The notes: a model not told the origin generated them from the letters alone. Positions 35,173 to 47,860 are shown, counted from the whole stretch's first letter. The stretch is DNA of 62,121 nt, filler included, from Rhabdomonas costata (GCA_019059605.1; 30 parts of 30 records of this genome joined end to end with filler, not necessarily neighbours in it), one strand, 5' to 3'. Numbers and translations: made by a program.

Positions 35173-35446
35173 NNNNNNNNNNNNNNNNNNNNNNNNNNNN
35201 NNNNNNNNNNNNNNNNTTAATTAATTAANNNNNNNNNNNNNNNNNNNNNNNNNNNNNNNNNNNNNNNNNNNNTTTTTGTGCGCATTTTTCGGAGAATTTT
35301 CAATCGCATTTTTTTCGTCTTTTTTTGTATTTTCCGTATTTTTCGACTTTTGAGAATTTTCGTATTTTTTCGTATACAAAAATATGGGGATCCCTACTGT
35401 GGTTGATGATGATACCCAATCAGGTGCGAGGCTCCACCCCACCCAC

Positions 35447-37101
35447 TCACCCCCTAAATGTGAAACCTGTGTCACTAAGGCTGAGGTGTTTTTTGGGAAA
35501 GTTAGGCAAGGCGAGAAAGGCCTCGAGGATCGCCTCGGCGTGAGCGCAGCTGCTTAGAGAAAGGGTGGTCAGTGCCCTGAGGTTGGGGTGAACCGGGGTG
35601 AAGTACTTCCCCGTGACGTTCCCATTGCCGGACAGCTGCAGACTGGAAACCAGCCCTTTCGAGGTGAAATGAAAACTCGATGGCGGGGCATTGGAAGGTA
35701 ACATCAGTAGTGAAGAAGGGAAAGCATCGTAAGCCAAAATCGGTCAAGGAGACGAGACGAGATGGTTCATTGATTACGGTGTGAGGATATTTCTTTGGAT
35801 ATCCATTTTATGTTTCACAAATGACAAGGGTTGGGATAGGAGGCCCGATGCAACTTCGCGGTTAGTCTTGTGCGGAGGCTGAAAAATGACATTCCACACA
35901 CGAAATACGTTAGATCTACGGTAAAAAAAAGTCAATGGCAATGTTACAAACAACAATCACGCAATGCCACACACCAACACAGCACTGTACGTCGTTCGAG
36001 GTCTCTCTTCATGACAAAAGTATGGCATCAAGGGGGTGCAGGGGGCTGCATCGCTCCCCCACCCCACCAAAAATCACTCGGGAAAACCACACCCTTGGGT
36101 TTTGAGCAGTGTAATCCTCCCTTCGCCCGAGAACACACCACAGCGATCCACGATTGCGGCGAGCTGCCCCGTTGACCACTGCGGTGAGCACACTGCAAAG
36201 GGGACGACAAGATGGAAGATACTGATTCGGAAGCCCGCGGTCACAAGAAAGCAGGATCCCACCTCTGCAACGCGGGGTTGTACTGGTCGTGAGCAAGGTT
36301 CTGTCTTCCTCTGATGTGTTTAACGATAGACAACACGAAGAAAGGAACCAGCCCAAGCGGTCATCTCCTGCAGTCAAATTACCAGGCCCCCTGCACCTCA
36401 AAATCTGGCCCTAGCAGAATCAAAATTCAAACGTAGCTATGTGTAAGAGGCGGCAATGAAACCATTCGATCCGAGCTGTTGGGGATACCGCTGGAACCAA
36501 CGCAAACCAAACCTGAGCAAACCACAAAAAAAAGGGCCCCCAAAAGGCTGCCAGGTCGCCCCACGCGGAATCGCCCAATCTGCGAACTGCATTAATTGCA
36601 CAAACACACGCGGACGGGCTCACTCACCAATCTCGTCCACAGGGCACATTTGGAACAGGCGGCGCCAGAGCTTGCACACCAGCCCGACCTAAACATTCCC
36701 GGCCACAAGCAGACCTCCCATCAGCATCAACAAAAAGTGCACAGCAGACGTCCAATGCAAAGCGTAACAGTCGGAAAGCTGTGGTGTGGGCTTCGTAACC
36801 TATTCAAGCCCAAGGCATGTCTGCACGCCACTGTGCGGAAACACCCTATTTTCATGAGCGAACTGATATTGCGTAGTACCCCCCAACTCGACTCCTTAGG
36901 CAGGGAACACATGCGCAAAGGGACATGAAGTAGAAGCCCGTCGGACCTTGGGAGACGCTTCTTGCCCACCCTCTCCCCGGCATTCACATGCGAAGTGCAA
37001 AGAGGGGATAGGACTTTGCAGACCTCCAATAGCCGCCTCATCGATGTCTCAAAAGAGAGGATCAGCAACACGATCTCAGGGGGGAGACTGCAGATGCGCT
37101 T
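35447..37101 (-). CDS. F-box/leucine-rich-repeat protein, partial
   Basis: Exons (about 37101)-37024 and 36688-36628 join to ICSLPPEIVLLILSFETSMRRLLE/VGLVCKLWRRL, an F-box consensus (LP.EI...IL.F.....L...VCK.W). The exon from 35642 reads LQLSGNGNVTG...LRALTTLSLSSC (LRR). The middle exons are unresolved. Confidence 0.75.
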
Positions 37102-37356
37102 CTTCGTGGCGAAAGAAAAAATGTTGAAAAAGGAAGAAGAACAGAAATAGTACTGCAACGCCTGGGCAAGTACGAACGAGAAACTGCACAGGGAGGCTTT
37201 GGGATAAAAGGTGATATGACAATGCACGGGAAAGCGAAAAAAAAACNNNNNNNNNNNNNNNNNNNNNNNNNNNNNNNNNNNNNNNNNNNNTTAATTAATT
37301 AANNNNNNNNNNNNNNNNNNNNNNNNNNNNNNNNNNNNNNNNNNNNTGTTTGTGTG

Positions 37357-37524
37357 TTATTAAATTATTAAAATTTTTCTTTGAGCATTTTCAACTTTTG
37401 CATCTGCTTGTTTAACTTGTTTAACTAATGCAGCAGGATATAAACGAAAACATTAGTTAAACAAGTTAAACAAGCAGATGCAAAAGTTGAAAATGCTCAA
37501 AGAAAAATTTTAATAATTTAATAA
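37357..37524. repeat. 74-bp perfect inverted repeat with 20-bp spacer at contig start (possible amplification fold-back)
   Basis: 37357-37430 is the exact reverse complement of 37451-37524. Confidence 0.9.
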
Positions 37525-37700
37525 TACACAAATAAGCTAGTTTCACGAGACACACACCAAAACAGAAGTATTCCCTGCACAAGACACTGCAAACCTGTTT
37601 GTCAGGTGCACGTTTTGTTTCAGTTGATGAAGTCTCCTTTTGCTTCTCTTTTGAGACGAAAGGGCAACCACCACAGAAAAGCAAAGGAGAGGGACCGTAC

Positions 37701-39204
37701 CTTCTCGGCCTCCTCGGCCTCCTTCTTCTTATACTCCACGACGTTCTTGGCCTCCGCGTGGTGAATCTCACCGTTGAAGCGGTACCCGTAGAACGACCCG
37801 CGGCCCACGCTCTCGCCCAGCTTGTACAGAAGGTATGCCCAGAACAGCATATATAGCAGCTCAATGAGATCCTGGAGGTCGATCTTTCCACTGAAAACCT
37901 AACAAAAAAATCATGGAACTGAAGAACTGCTGGCGGTCACCGAAGGTAAAAAGTAACAATTGACAACTGGCGTGGGTCAGTGGACCAGAGTACTGTTCGA
38001 ACAGAAGGGGTGAGAATGAAAGATATTCAGTGAATTCCAACGTGAAAGTTCGTAGGGAGGTGTGTGTTTGTGTGTATGCGTGGATCGTTTTCTTGGAGGT
38101 GACACAAGTCATATATCCGCCACGGCTTGCCAAACACGTCGAGCCAGCATAGTCTGGCCAGCTTGTACTGTTGTCTGCAGGATCTGTGTGCCGCTGCAGC
38201 AACTGCCGTCGTGCAAAGCTGGTTCGCAACTCGTGAACCACATGCGTTGCTGGTTTGACGCAGCAAAGCCCCACGACGAAGGTTAAGGTTTGCGGTCAGA
38301 GGTCTGCCACCACTCAAAGTCAGTTCCCGCATTCTGCGCTACGCTGAGCTGCCAATATCTCGATATCTGGCAAGATCTGGCCAGATGTCTCGCCCCACGA
38401 GCGTTCTTTTTTTTTTTTTTTGCTGATGAGTACCATTAGCAAGTGCCCCAACAACCGTGTTGAAAGTGGCGTGCAAGCCGTCAGTATTGAAACGAAGACG
38501 CTCGCATAACTTCGTTGAACGGTGTGGAAGGAGTGGGGTGGGATGGAGTTGGCGTTCAATGGACGTACCCAGCATGATTGCAGTAACATGAAAGACAAGA
38601 CAAGGGACCCCCCCGAAAGAATCATTTTCGATTGTGCTTATCATTCGCTGGGCAGGCCCAGTCCTCAAATCCTGTTCTTACACAAAAAATCATTTGTGAT
38701 GGAGAGGGAAAGCAGGCAAAAGGACAAGAAACCGGGGAGGGAGGAAGATAGAAACGGAAAAAAAAAGCAAGGCAACACACGTTGGCCTTCAGCTTCTCCC
38801 ACTCCACAATCGAGGTTCGCAACCGGTACGGCTGTGAGGCCAGCCACATATTGATGTACTCCGTCCGGGCCACCTGGAGCGGATTCTTCCCCTCACTACA
38901 AAGCAACGCGAATGCAGGAGGAAACCCACGGATATCTCGTGGTTGAATATATTCTTCGGTTTGTTCGCTGATTTTCCATTTTGTTTTTCTCCCCCCGGCT
39001 TGCGCACTTGAACAAGAAGAAAACAACCAGCACAATGAAAATTGCAAAAGTAAAAACAAAAAAAGAAAGGAGAAACCTTTCGAGTTTTGCAACTCGCGCA
39101 AGCGCTTCTTGGGGCGCAAACACTTGCCCGAAGGAGCTCAACTCATTTCCCAATGCCTTGAAAAGCCCCTTTGGAATCCAAGTAGTTGCCGACCAGGTTT
39201 TCTT
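37701..39204 (-). CDS. Mitochondrial ATP synthase Fo subunit g-like protein with charged C-terminal extension, partial
   Basis: Phase-0 exons 39204-39124, 38873-38781 and 37898-37701 give KKTWSATTWIPKGLFKALGNELSSFGQ/VARTEYINMWLASQPYRLRTSIVEWEKLKAN/VFSGKIDLQDLIELLYMLFWAYLLYKLGESVGRGSFYGYRFNGEIHHAEAKNVVEYKKKEAEEAEK. The TM helix ends in GExxGRxSxxGY, the subunit g signature. Confidence 0.65.
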
Positions 39205-39533
39205 CTGGAAAAAAGATGCAAGAATGGCGCTCAGGCGTCCCAACTCTTTTCCGTTCCCCATGTCCCCTCGAGCAACCCATTTGAATTACGAGGGCTTAAG
39301 CCAGAGCACAGGAAACAACNNNNNNNNNNNNNNNNNNNNNNNNNNNNNNNNNNNNNNNNNNNNTTAATTAATTAANNNNNNNNNNNNNNNNNNNNNNNNN
39401 NNNNNNNNNNNNNNNNNNNGTGTTGGGGTGTGTTTGGGTTGTTTGTGAACGGGCTTGGAGCTGTGTTGCGGAAAGCAGCGTTTTTGGTCCGCGTGCGTCG
39501 GAGCGTAGCAGTGTGGTTGGTTGTGGGAGTCAG

Positions 39534-40087
39534 GTACGAGGTGAAGACCCAGGGGGACAGCTTCATGGTGGCCTTCCAGGACCCCTGCCTGGCGGTGGAG
39601 TGGTGCGCCAACCTGCAGCACGACCTGCTGTACCAGGACTGGCCTAGCGAGCTGCTGGCCCATCCCCGCACCAAGGCCGTGGTCTCGCCCGAGGGCCAGC
39701 TTCTGTTCCGCGGGCTCCGCGTCCGGGTCGGGGTGCACACCGGGGAGCCAGACATGCAGTATAACCCCCGGATCAACCGCGTGGACTACTTCGGTGTAAC
39801 GCATACCTCCTCACGGGCATCCCTTCATTCGCTCACTTTTTTCTCTTGCGCGTTGTGAGAAGAGTGAATGAATCACCGAAATAAAGGTAAAGAAGCATCT
39901 GGGTGACAAAGGGCTCTGTAGATGAGGATGTGGTGCGCGAAAGTGGGTGCCTCACTGGTACCGGGGAGATTCAATCTAGGAGTTTTCAACTGGGAGATGT
40001 CAACTAAGCAAGAAGACTAAAACAGGAGCTCAGCAGCTATCCATGCGCTTTTCACATGTGCGCAATTACCCACAGTTTTGCCCGTAC

Positions 40088-40123
<36 letters not shown>

Positions 40124-41080
40124 CACGCACACACCTCGCTCCGTTTCCCTCTTGAACTGGGACGGAAGTGCACTTTACTCTGGCAACAGGAAAGCGTGTG
40201 TGTTTGTGTGTTTTAGTCGGACCCACCATGGGTCGTAATACTATTCTGTCCTTGGGCTCTCTGTTCTGTCCCTGCGGCTGGCACCAGGTTGGTTGATTGA
40301 TTTGTTGGGGGGCTTACCAGGGCCGATGGTGAACATCTGCGCCCGGATCGAGTCCCTGGCGCATGGCGGGCAGACCCTGATCTCCGCTGAGACCTTTGCG
40401 GAGGTGCAGGGCCTTCTGGGGGTTCAGTACACCTACCTTGGGGCCTTCCCCCTAAAGGGAATCCGTGACGAGCAGCACATTGTGCAGGCGCGAGAACCCA
40501 TCACCACCCGCTTATTGCTTATTGAAAGCACCTCCCTCCCTCCCACTACCAAAGGGAAATCGTTCTCACATGGTAACGGCAGCGCATTTCAGCTCTTCAT
40601 CTGTCAGCGCTCAAACCTGGTCGATTAAGGGTCTAGTTGGGCAAGGATCAAATCTGTTATATTTTGTGTTGTGGCTTATAGCTCTTATTACGGGGCCCCA
40701 TGGGAGTTCCCTTGGGTCCATTCCTCTTCATCTATTGTAGTATACCCGCATAAGGTTACGTTCGATGCCATCCATCCAAAATTCACCGTGGTGGATCAGG
40801 TATTGCAGTGGACTTGCTCGCCTTTCGCCGCCTTTAGCCCGGGCATAACGCTATACGAACAGAGAAAGCACCGTGGTGTGCAGTTCTGTGGCCATTGCGC
40901 TTGGTCCTTTCCCCTCACCTCCTTGCGTACTTGGCAGATGCTCCCCGATGGGCTGTGCGAGCGGACTTTTCCAGAGCTCGTGCGCGAGCAGGTCCTCAAC
41001 CAGGTCGACAAGAAGCACCCCTCAGCCCGGCTGTGCCAGCCCACGGACCAGGGCACCACCCCCTGCGCGAACTGCGCCCG
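39534..41080 (+). CDS. Class III adenylate cyclase catalytic domain (trypanosome/fungal-like), partial
   Basis: Exons 39534-39793, 40321-40487 (GC donor) and 40938 onward give YEVKTQGDSFMVAF...W..LQ..L...WP...FRGLRVRVGVHTG...RVDYFG/PMVNICARIESLAHGGQTLIS...LGAFPLKG...Q/MLP..L.ERTFP. The K (VKT) and D (DYFG) ATP-specifying residues and catalytic N/R are present. The 3' end is uncertain. Confidence 0.93.
40088..40133. repeat. (CA)n microsatellite, interrupted, in adenylate cyclase intron
   Basis: CA run with two CG interruptions. Confidence 0.9.
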
Positions 41081-43714
41081 GTGTGCCCGGAGTTTACCTG
41101 CGCGCAGTGCCAGAGCAAAATCGAGGAGGCGAGGGCCGAATACTTTTGCTGTTCTGACAGGAAAACAACAGCATGAAATGCATCCTCTGCGAAACAAAAT
41201 GCCTAGCTTTGTACAAGTCCTCCTCCAAACAATTGCCTGCACGATACGTTGAGCTCACGTTAAGCTCGTTAATGCTTCGCAGTGAACTTCGTGCTGGGAG
41301 CAATCCTATCAACCGTGACAACCCTTTTTCAGGGTTTTGGTTTTGGTTTTGGTTGTCGTTTTCTCCACACGTCTTGACCACCACAGACCCCCCCACCCCN
41401 NNNNNNNNNNNNNNNNNNNNNNNNNNNNNNNNNNNNNNNNNNNTTAATTAATTAANNNNNNNNNNNNNNNNNNNNNNNNNNNNNNNNNNNNNNNNNNNNG
41501 GTGGTGGGGGGATCAAGTATTAAACATACAGGGAGAACAGAGACGCAGAGGAGGAAAGGCCGAGGGCAGGAAAAGGACGCCCGACACTCCCAGGGGCGAG
41601 ACATGAAAGCTGCAGGAAATCTAGCACGTGTGCCCCAGGAGTGCGATGCTGGCACGGGATATTGTGCAAGTTCCAACGGTGTCCCTTTGTGCACTCGAGG
41701 GAGGAGCACCTAGAACGAACCTGCCTAGAGGACCCAGTGCGCAGAGGTACAAGCTGACCATCGAGCATCTCAGGAAATCAGAGCCCTTATGCTAGGGCCA
41801 ACGGGAATCGACAGTACTTGCAGATGCACCAGGGCAAGGAGTCAGTGAGGCAACGCCGAGATAGAGGAGGTTCAGCGAAAAAGGGCACGAATAGCCCGCA
41901 ACGCAATACAGAGAGAGATCTGCTGGCACGGCAAAGCCTGGAGATACCGTTGCACCCATTCGAAAGAAAAGTTCCCACGGAAAGAGTGCGCCGCTGAAAA
42001 AGAGCAGCTGCGCGACAATGGCCCGGGATCCGTGGTGCAGAAGGGAGTTAACCATATTTGGAACGTTCAGCGGTGAGCCGGTTCCGGTTCCCCACGGCGC
42101 CGTAACGGCACCTCTCGCGAGCACCGAAGTCCACAGTGGTCAACCAAGCAACAAGCCAACCAGGCAACAGCCAGCACGCAATAAGCCCAATACACAAACA
42201 CAAACACCTGCACCTATTTCGAGATGTCGAATGGATGAAATTGGTGTACCTGTAGGGACTTATGGGTGGTTCTTTCCAGCACTCCTGCGGATACTTCTTT
42301 CAGTGGTCCACTTTGCATCGGCTCTATGCACATGCCAGAGTGAGCCATAGCAGTGCGAGCAATGCGACATGCTTTTTCTCTCGGCAGCATTTGCAGGTGT
42401 TCTACAGTGTTGAATTCCAGGATGACCGTATTGGGTCGCTGATCGCGTTTATGCTGCTCGTCTGCGCGTATGATGGGTTCGATCTCGGGCCCGTCACTGA
42501 GGTTGTGGAGAGATTTCGGCTACTGGAGAACCCGTGTACGCGTGGCAGGACTCCAGAGAGTCTGGAGGCTTCCCGCTCGCTTTGCACCCCACACCACCAT
42601 TCATCACACAGCCGCCCAGGTATTTGTCCTTGCGAACGCAGTGGGAAGTTGCCTGCAGTACGTTTTGCCCTGGGTTTGGGTGAAACGACACCGCTGCTGG
42701 GAACTGGCGCCACTTCACCGCATACCGCATTTTCTTCCAAGCGATTCCTTTTTGTGCGCAGCTTTGCAGTATTTTTGAATTTTTCCTGTTATGCTGGTTG
42801 TCTCGCTGCTGCTATCCCGTTCTCAGGCTCAGGGACAGACTCTCGTCATCTCTGGGCCGGTGCCTTCGCTGCACCAGGATCCGGTCGCTGCAGAATTTGC
42901 TCCGTCGTCCCTTTCCAGCGCTTCCGTCAAACGTGAGCACGAAAACTAGTCGCTGTGGTTCCTCCCAGTGTGGCCCTTCCTCTTCCCACCCCTCCCTCCC
43001 CTCTCTGATTCCAGTGTACATTGTTTGTGTCGTCCCACCTTTCCGACCTTTCGCCGAAAGGATTGGACGGGGAATTGGTCTCTATCTGGAGCATGCCTTC
43101 TCTTTACCTTCACCGGGTCCACACAGGTGCAAAAAGTCCGGCGGGGGTACACTTTGTACCTTTGGTCTCGCCAGGAGCTTTCTCGCCATTGTGAACAGAA
43201 ACACGCGCAAGGGCTTTCCTTTCGTTTGCCACCCTTCGTTTGCCAATCCTGTTTTTGTTCCAACAGTTATTTTTCTGATCGTTTGCCAGCTACTTAGGGC
43301 CAGGGGCACCCCACCCTCTCCTTCCCCTTCTCGCACGGTTTTCGCTTTTAACACCCTTTCTGCTTTTGGTCTGCAACCAGGGATTACGCATCCGTCTATG
43401 CATCTTAGCGAGTTAGTATGCCGAGTAACCTCCTGGTGCCGTTTCAGTGGTGGACTCCCCCCCCCCNNNNNNNNNNNNNNNNNNNNNNNNNNNNNNNNNN
43501 NNNNNNNNNNTTAATTAATTAANNNNNNNNNNNNNNNNNNNNNNNNNNNNNNNNNNNNNNNNNNNNAAAGAGAAAGTAAGTCAGCCCTAAGCAGCCTCTG
43601 GAAGTGAATCACTGCTCCGAAACCTTCACCCACATAGTCCAACTTTCAGACCACCGTGCACAGTTTGTTGTGGATGTGAACAAGATGCGCGAATCAAACT
43701 CCTGACCAACACAA

Positions 43715-44839
43715 TTATTTGGGAACTGGGGTGCAGCTGACCAACATACCCACAAGACGATGGAGGGCATTTGGTGTTCGACGAGTAGCCGCCGGGGAAA
43801 CGGGCTGTGCAATCGATTCAGAAGCATTCATGCAAAACGGCCTGGAAAGTTCACTGCGAATACTGTGAATACTGGTTCCCACCGGAAGCAGTTCGGCGGC
43901 TGGCTGGCGGTGCTCAGAATAAAATTCCGCAACAAGTGGGTTGAAACCGACAGTGGTGAAGTGGTGCGCCTCCGCCAGCGGGGATCTCTTTACCGGAGCG
44001 GAGAGGACTGGAACTTTGGGAGAATGTGCAGTGCTTTGTAGCGCACCAGAAGAAAGCGCTCTGCAGCTCAGTTTCCCAGCTTCCAAATGTTCCAAAGGTT
44101 CCATATGGACAGCAGACATGCTGCGGGAGAGTTGGACGACCGTGGGTCGGACCGTTCTCCAGGAACCATCGACCACAAGAAAATGCGTCGCTGCATCTCG
44201 AAGAGTGATGTTTGGCTGAAACTCTAACGACTGAGAAACAGGAGCAGCGCAGACGTCGCAGAAGCTCAGGGTGGAGGTATGCTTTAGGCATACGGAGTGT
44301 CCGCACCGAAGAGTCGTGGGAACAAATTCATCGGCATCAAAGGGGTGTGAGCAATGCACGCATTTAAAAGGCTCAATCCCCACAACGAGACTAACGTGAA
44401 GACTACTGCTGCTTGGACCGCAAGAACACGAACTCTGATGGGGCACTATTTCACTCCATTCGTTGACACTCTTTGGACAAGATCCTCTGAGATGCTCCTC
44501 CCAAGCCATCTCTCCCCCACGGCACGGGGGGGAAACGCGTCCGCAAACCTGAACGTGCACTTTCACGTTCGGATTCTGGACCAAGCATTGAGCGCCCGAA
44601 CAACCTTTCCTTTTCTTCTTGTTGGCGCGTTTAAACAAGTTTGCTGCCTCCTGAAGGGCAACACTCGGGAGACACTGCTCGGAGGAAGGGATCTCTGCGC
44701 GGCAGAAAGGACAGCAGCTAAGATGAGGAACATGCCTGAGACACACGGAGTGGCCGCACGGAAATGTGGTGGGACGGTGCTTCTTTGAGTTATATAGACT
44801 CAGGCAAAGGCAACACTCAAAGGGGCAAGAAGCGGACAT
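43715..44839 (-). CDS. Intronless 374-aa protein with two RING-finger domains (probable E3 ligase)
   Basis: ATG at 44839. CCLC-x15-CGHSVCLRH-x6-CPFC and CVHC-x15-CGHSVCLKH-x6-CDVC are each followed by a P[S/N]xxL.[E/D]AAxxF helix, with a Cys/His-rich linker between them. Confidence 0.85.
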   Translation of the reverse strand: MSASCPFECCLCLSLYNSKKHRPTTFPCGHSVCLRHVPHLSCCPFCRAEIPSSEQCLPSVALQEAANLFKRANKKKRKGCSGAQCLVQNPNVKVHVQVCGRVSPPCRGGEMAWEEHLRGSCPKSVNEWSEIVPHQSSCSCGPSSSSLHVSLVVGIEPFKCVHCSHPFDADEFVPTTLRCGHSVCLKHTSTLSFCDVCAAPVSQSLEFQPNITLRDAATHFLVVDGSWRTVRPTVVQLSRSMSAVHMEPLEHLEAGKLSCRALSSGALQSTAHSPKVPVLSAPVKRSPLAEAHHFTTVGFNPLVAEFYSEHRQPAAELLPVGTSIHSIRSELSRPFCMNASESIAQPVSPAATRRTPNALHRLVGMLVSCTPVPK

Positions 44840-45939
44840 CCTTTTTCGTCCTCGCTCTGAATCAAAAACCAAAAGCAGAGCACTGTATCGAGCACGAAAT
44901 CTAGCCGTTGTTCCGTGAACGTATTTTTAAGGAGATTTTCAGACCTTTTTTCAGACCATTTTCAGACCTTGCCCACAAACGGGAGTTTTAAATGGGGAAT
45001 ATTGTCTGATGCAACGAAGGGCCGAGATTCAGCTTGAGAAAGCGTAAACAGTTGCATCAGGAAATGACCTATGCTGCACAAAGCAGCACCAAACTGTTGC
45101 GAAGTCTAAGAAACGACAAGCTGAACTGAAAAATGCACTACAGAAGAAAAAAAAGAAGATCCTACTCGGCTGTCGTCTACTCCCAAGTCCTTCAGTAAAC
45201 TCGTTGTAGTCATAAATCACGCCATAAAAAATGCTGCCAGATCGCCATTTCTTAACTAGCGCCCAATTACAACCCTAAAATCGGCAGAAAAGGTCGCTTC
45301 CTTTTGTGACGCTGCACACCTTCGTTACTGACGCAGCCAACTCGGTTTTACCCACACATATTTGAATCCCTCCTTCAAAGTCAGTTAAAAGAACGAAAAC
45401 ATGAAGGCAGCCACGGCAACGGTCACTCGCTAAGAAAAGCGACCAGAAGATCCGCCCGTAAAATTTGTTTCTCCCACAAAGGTTCCCACAGAAAAGGAGA
45501 GGATGCAGTTAGCGAGAGCTCGCTTCCCAACCAAACCCNNNNNNNNNNNNNNNNNNNNNNNNNNNNNNNNNNNNNNNNNNNNTTAATTAATTAANNNNNN
45601 NNNNNNNNNNNNNNNNNNNNNNNNNNNNNNNNNNNNNNGGGTTTCTTGCGTGGGTGTTTGCACTAGGGGTTGGTTTTAGGTCTTTGGTTTGGTATTTAAT
45701 GTTCGGTATTTGGTTTCGGTTTAGACAGTGGTCTTTTAGTTATGCAGGCGCACGTGGTTTGAGGGCAATCCAAATGATTTGTGGTGTGGAACGCCATTTT
45801 TGCGACTGGGTAGCCTTTTGTTAGGCAGGGTCTCGGTCTTGGTCTCGGTTTCGCCACTATGGATTTGGCCTTCTGTCTATGGTCCCGTAGAGTAAGGTTC
45901 AAGACACTGAGCTGGATATGAGTGCAAGGATCTCTTGGT

Positions 45940-46470
45940 TCGGAATGTTGTCCGGTCAGCTTGGTGCAGCGTTGATGTCATGGCGTCCTTTCAACATCAT
46001 GGTACAGCGTCTGACCATGGTGAGACATCTGGTTGTGATGGAGTGCGTTTGGTGGAGCTCAGGTTGGTTATTGGCACCACTTGGAGAAGGTTGATCAGTA
46101 CAACATCATCTAGTGAGCTTTCAACGCTTCGTTCCATGCCTACAACCGCGGTGTCTGCATTTAAGCTATCTGCCTTCTAACTGTAACGTCGCATGTCTTA
46201 AACATCTTGAAGAAGGCACGGTAGTGTGTGGTGTCGGTACGAACATGTGGTCATCGTGCGGTGGTCCAACTTTGTGGCATTTTACCCCGTTAGTAGACCG
46301 TCACAGCGTGGCTATGCGTTTGGTTGTCATTGTGAGAGGTTACTTGATGCTTGGACTTACCGATCGAACATCTTTTGGACACACTCCGCTAACGGACCTT
46401 ACACATATCCCACGTTTACACCATGTCTCACAGTATATTGGTTGGGCACGTTTACGTTGCAACACAAACG
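45940..46470 (-). mobile_element. Possible highly decayed APE-type LINE endonuclease relic
   Basis: Broken minus-strand motifs occur in the expected order: VAT*/NV (about 46460), CVQ (about 46380), LINL/SPSG (about 46090) and MLKG..DINA (about 45985). Many stops and frameshifts. Confidence 0.3.
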
Positions 46471-47860
46471 TAGGGTATGTTACACTGGTAGTAGTGTTAT
46501 GCGTAGGGTGTGTGATGCCTAGATTGGGTGTGGTAGTGTGGTGGTGTTGGTCTGTGCGTCATGGTGCCACTGGGGAATCATCCGCTTCATCATGTACCCG
46601 TACTCCCTCTTGGTATAGCGTCACGTCTTACTGTGTTACCGGGATGTGGTGATGTTGGCATCTTGGCGTAGGCCATCCATGTCTTACACTAGTTGTAGAA
46701 CGTGGGTGTGGGGGTGTGGGGGGTGACTATGTTGTGATGTGTGTGTTGCTGCAAGTAGGTGTGATGGTGGATGTAGTGCACCGGTTGATCCTTCTGTGTT
46801 TTTCCTTACGCCTCCTCCTCTGACCCACTTTATCTCATTTGTGCGTATTGTACTATATGCTATGGTGTCACGTGGTGGCAGGAATGCTCTGGGTTGATTT
46901 GACGTAGTGAATGTCGCCGAGACCTACATGCCCGGTACGTTTCTTCAGTGTCACTACTTCCACCATACGTGACGTCATGGTGTAGCGTCAACCCGATGCC
47001 TCGATGCCAGCATTCATAGGGTGATGCATACCAGTCCCCCTTGTAGTGGAAGGTGGTATGGTCCAGCATGCAACTTGAGAGGGTGAATGCTACCTACCTA
47101 ACCCTACAAGGTGACACAGGTTGTACAGGTTGGCTCTCCAACCAGAGCATTATGGCAGGATGTGTGGTGGTGACGTAATCCCAACCTCTGCTGCAATGTG
47201 ACATTAGTATGTTACCAATATCTGAGGCCTGGTGATGCAAGGCTGCCACTTTCCGACCCAGTGTACAAGATAACGTGAGAAGCGTAACTCTGCGTGGGAA
47301 TGTTGGCATGGAGGGGCTGATGCTGAGGCCATTCTGACAAGATGAGTTCTGTCACCATACACTCCACTCACTTAAACCATCTTCCCTACCAGGCAGGGTC
47401 CCCCACCTGCACTATTACACTAGTTGGAACGAGTGTAAGCACATTAGGGTGGTGTATCTAGGGAACTTTTTCTTCTAGACCACCGAGCAGCCATCACCAA
47501 TCATTCACCCATTATGCCTCTCTATCTCTCGTGTACACATAGTTAGATATTCACCCCCTCAATCATTAATTCTATCACTTTCCCACAAAAACCCACCCAA
47601 ACACACCAACANNNNNNNNNNNNNNNNNNNNNNNNNNNNNNNNNNNNNNNNNNNNTTAATTAATTAANNNNNNNNNNNNNNNNNNNNNNNNNNNNNNNNN
47701 NNNNNNNNNNNAAACACGTGTTTGGGGTTTGGGGGGCGTGCTAGTACAATCAGTTTGATCTTTGCGCGTATGCAGTATTTGTATTCGGTTCCCTCCTGTG
47801 GAGGGTTCTTTTCCTCCTTTCCGTTTTTTGTCTTTCCGTTTCATCCTTTCCTGTGCTTCA

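Noticed and set aside
42262-43466. 224-aa and 238-aa plus-strand ORFs in contig 21
   Set aside because: They look like read-through of introns around one or two small candidate exons; no product could be assigned.
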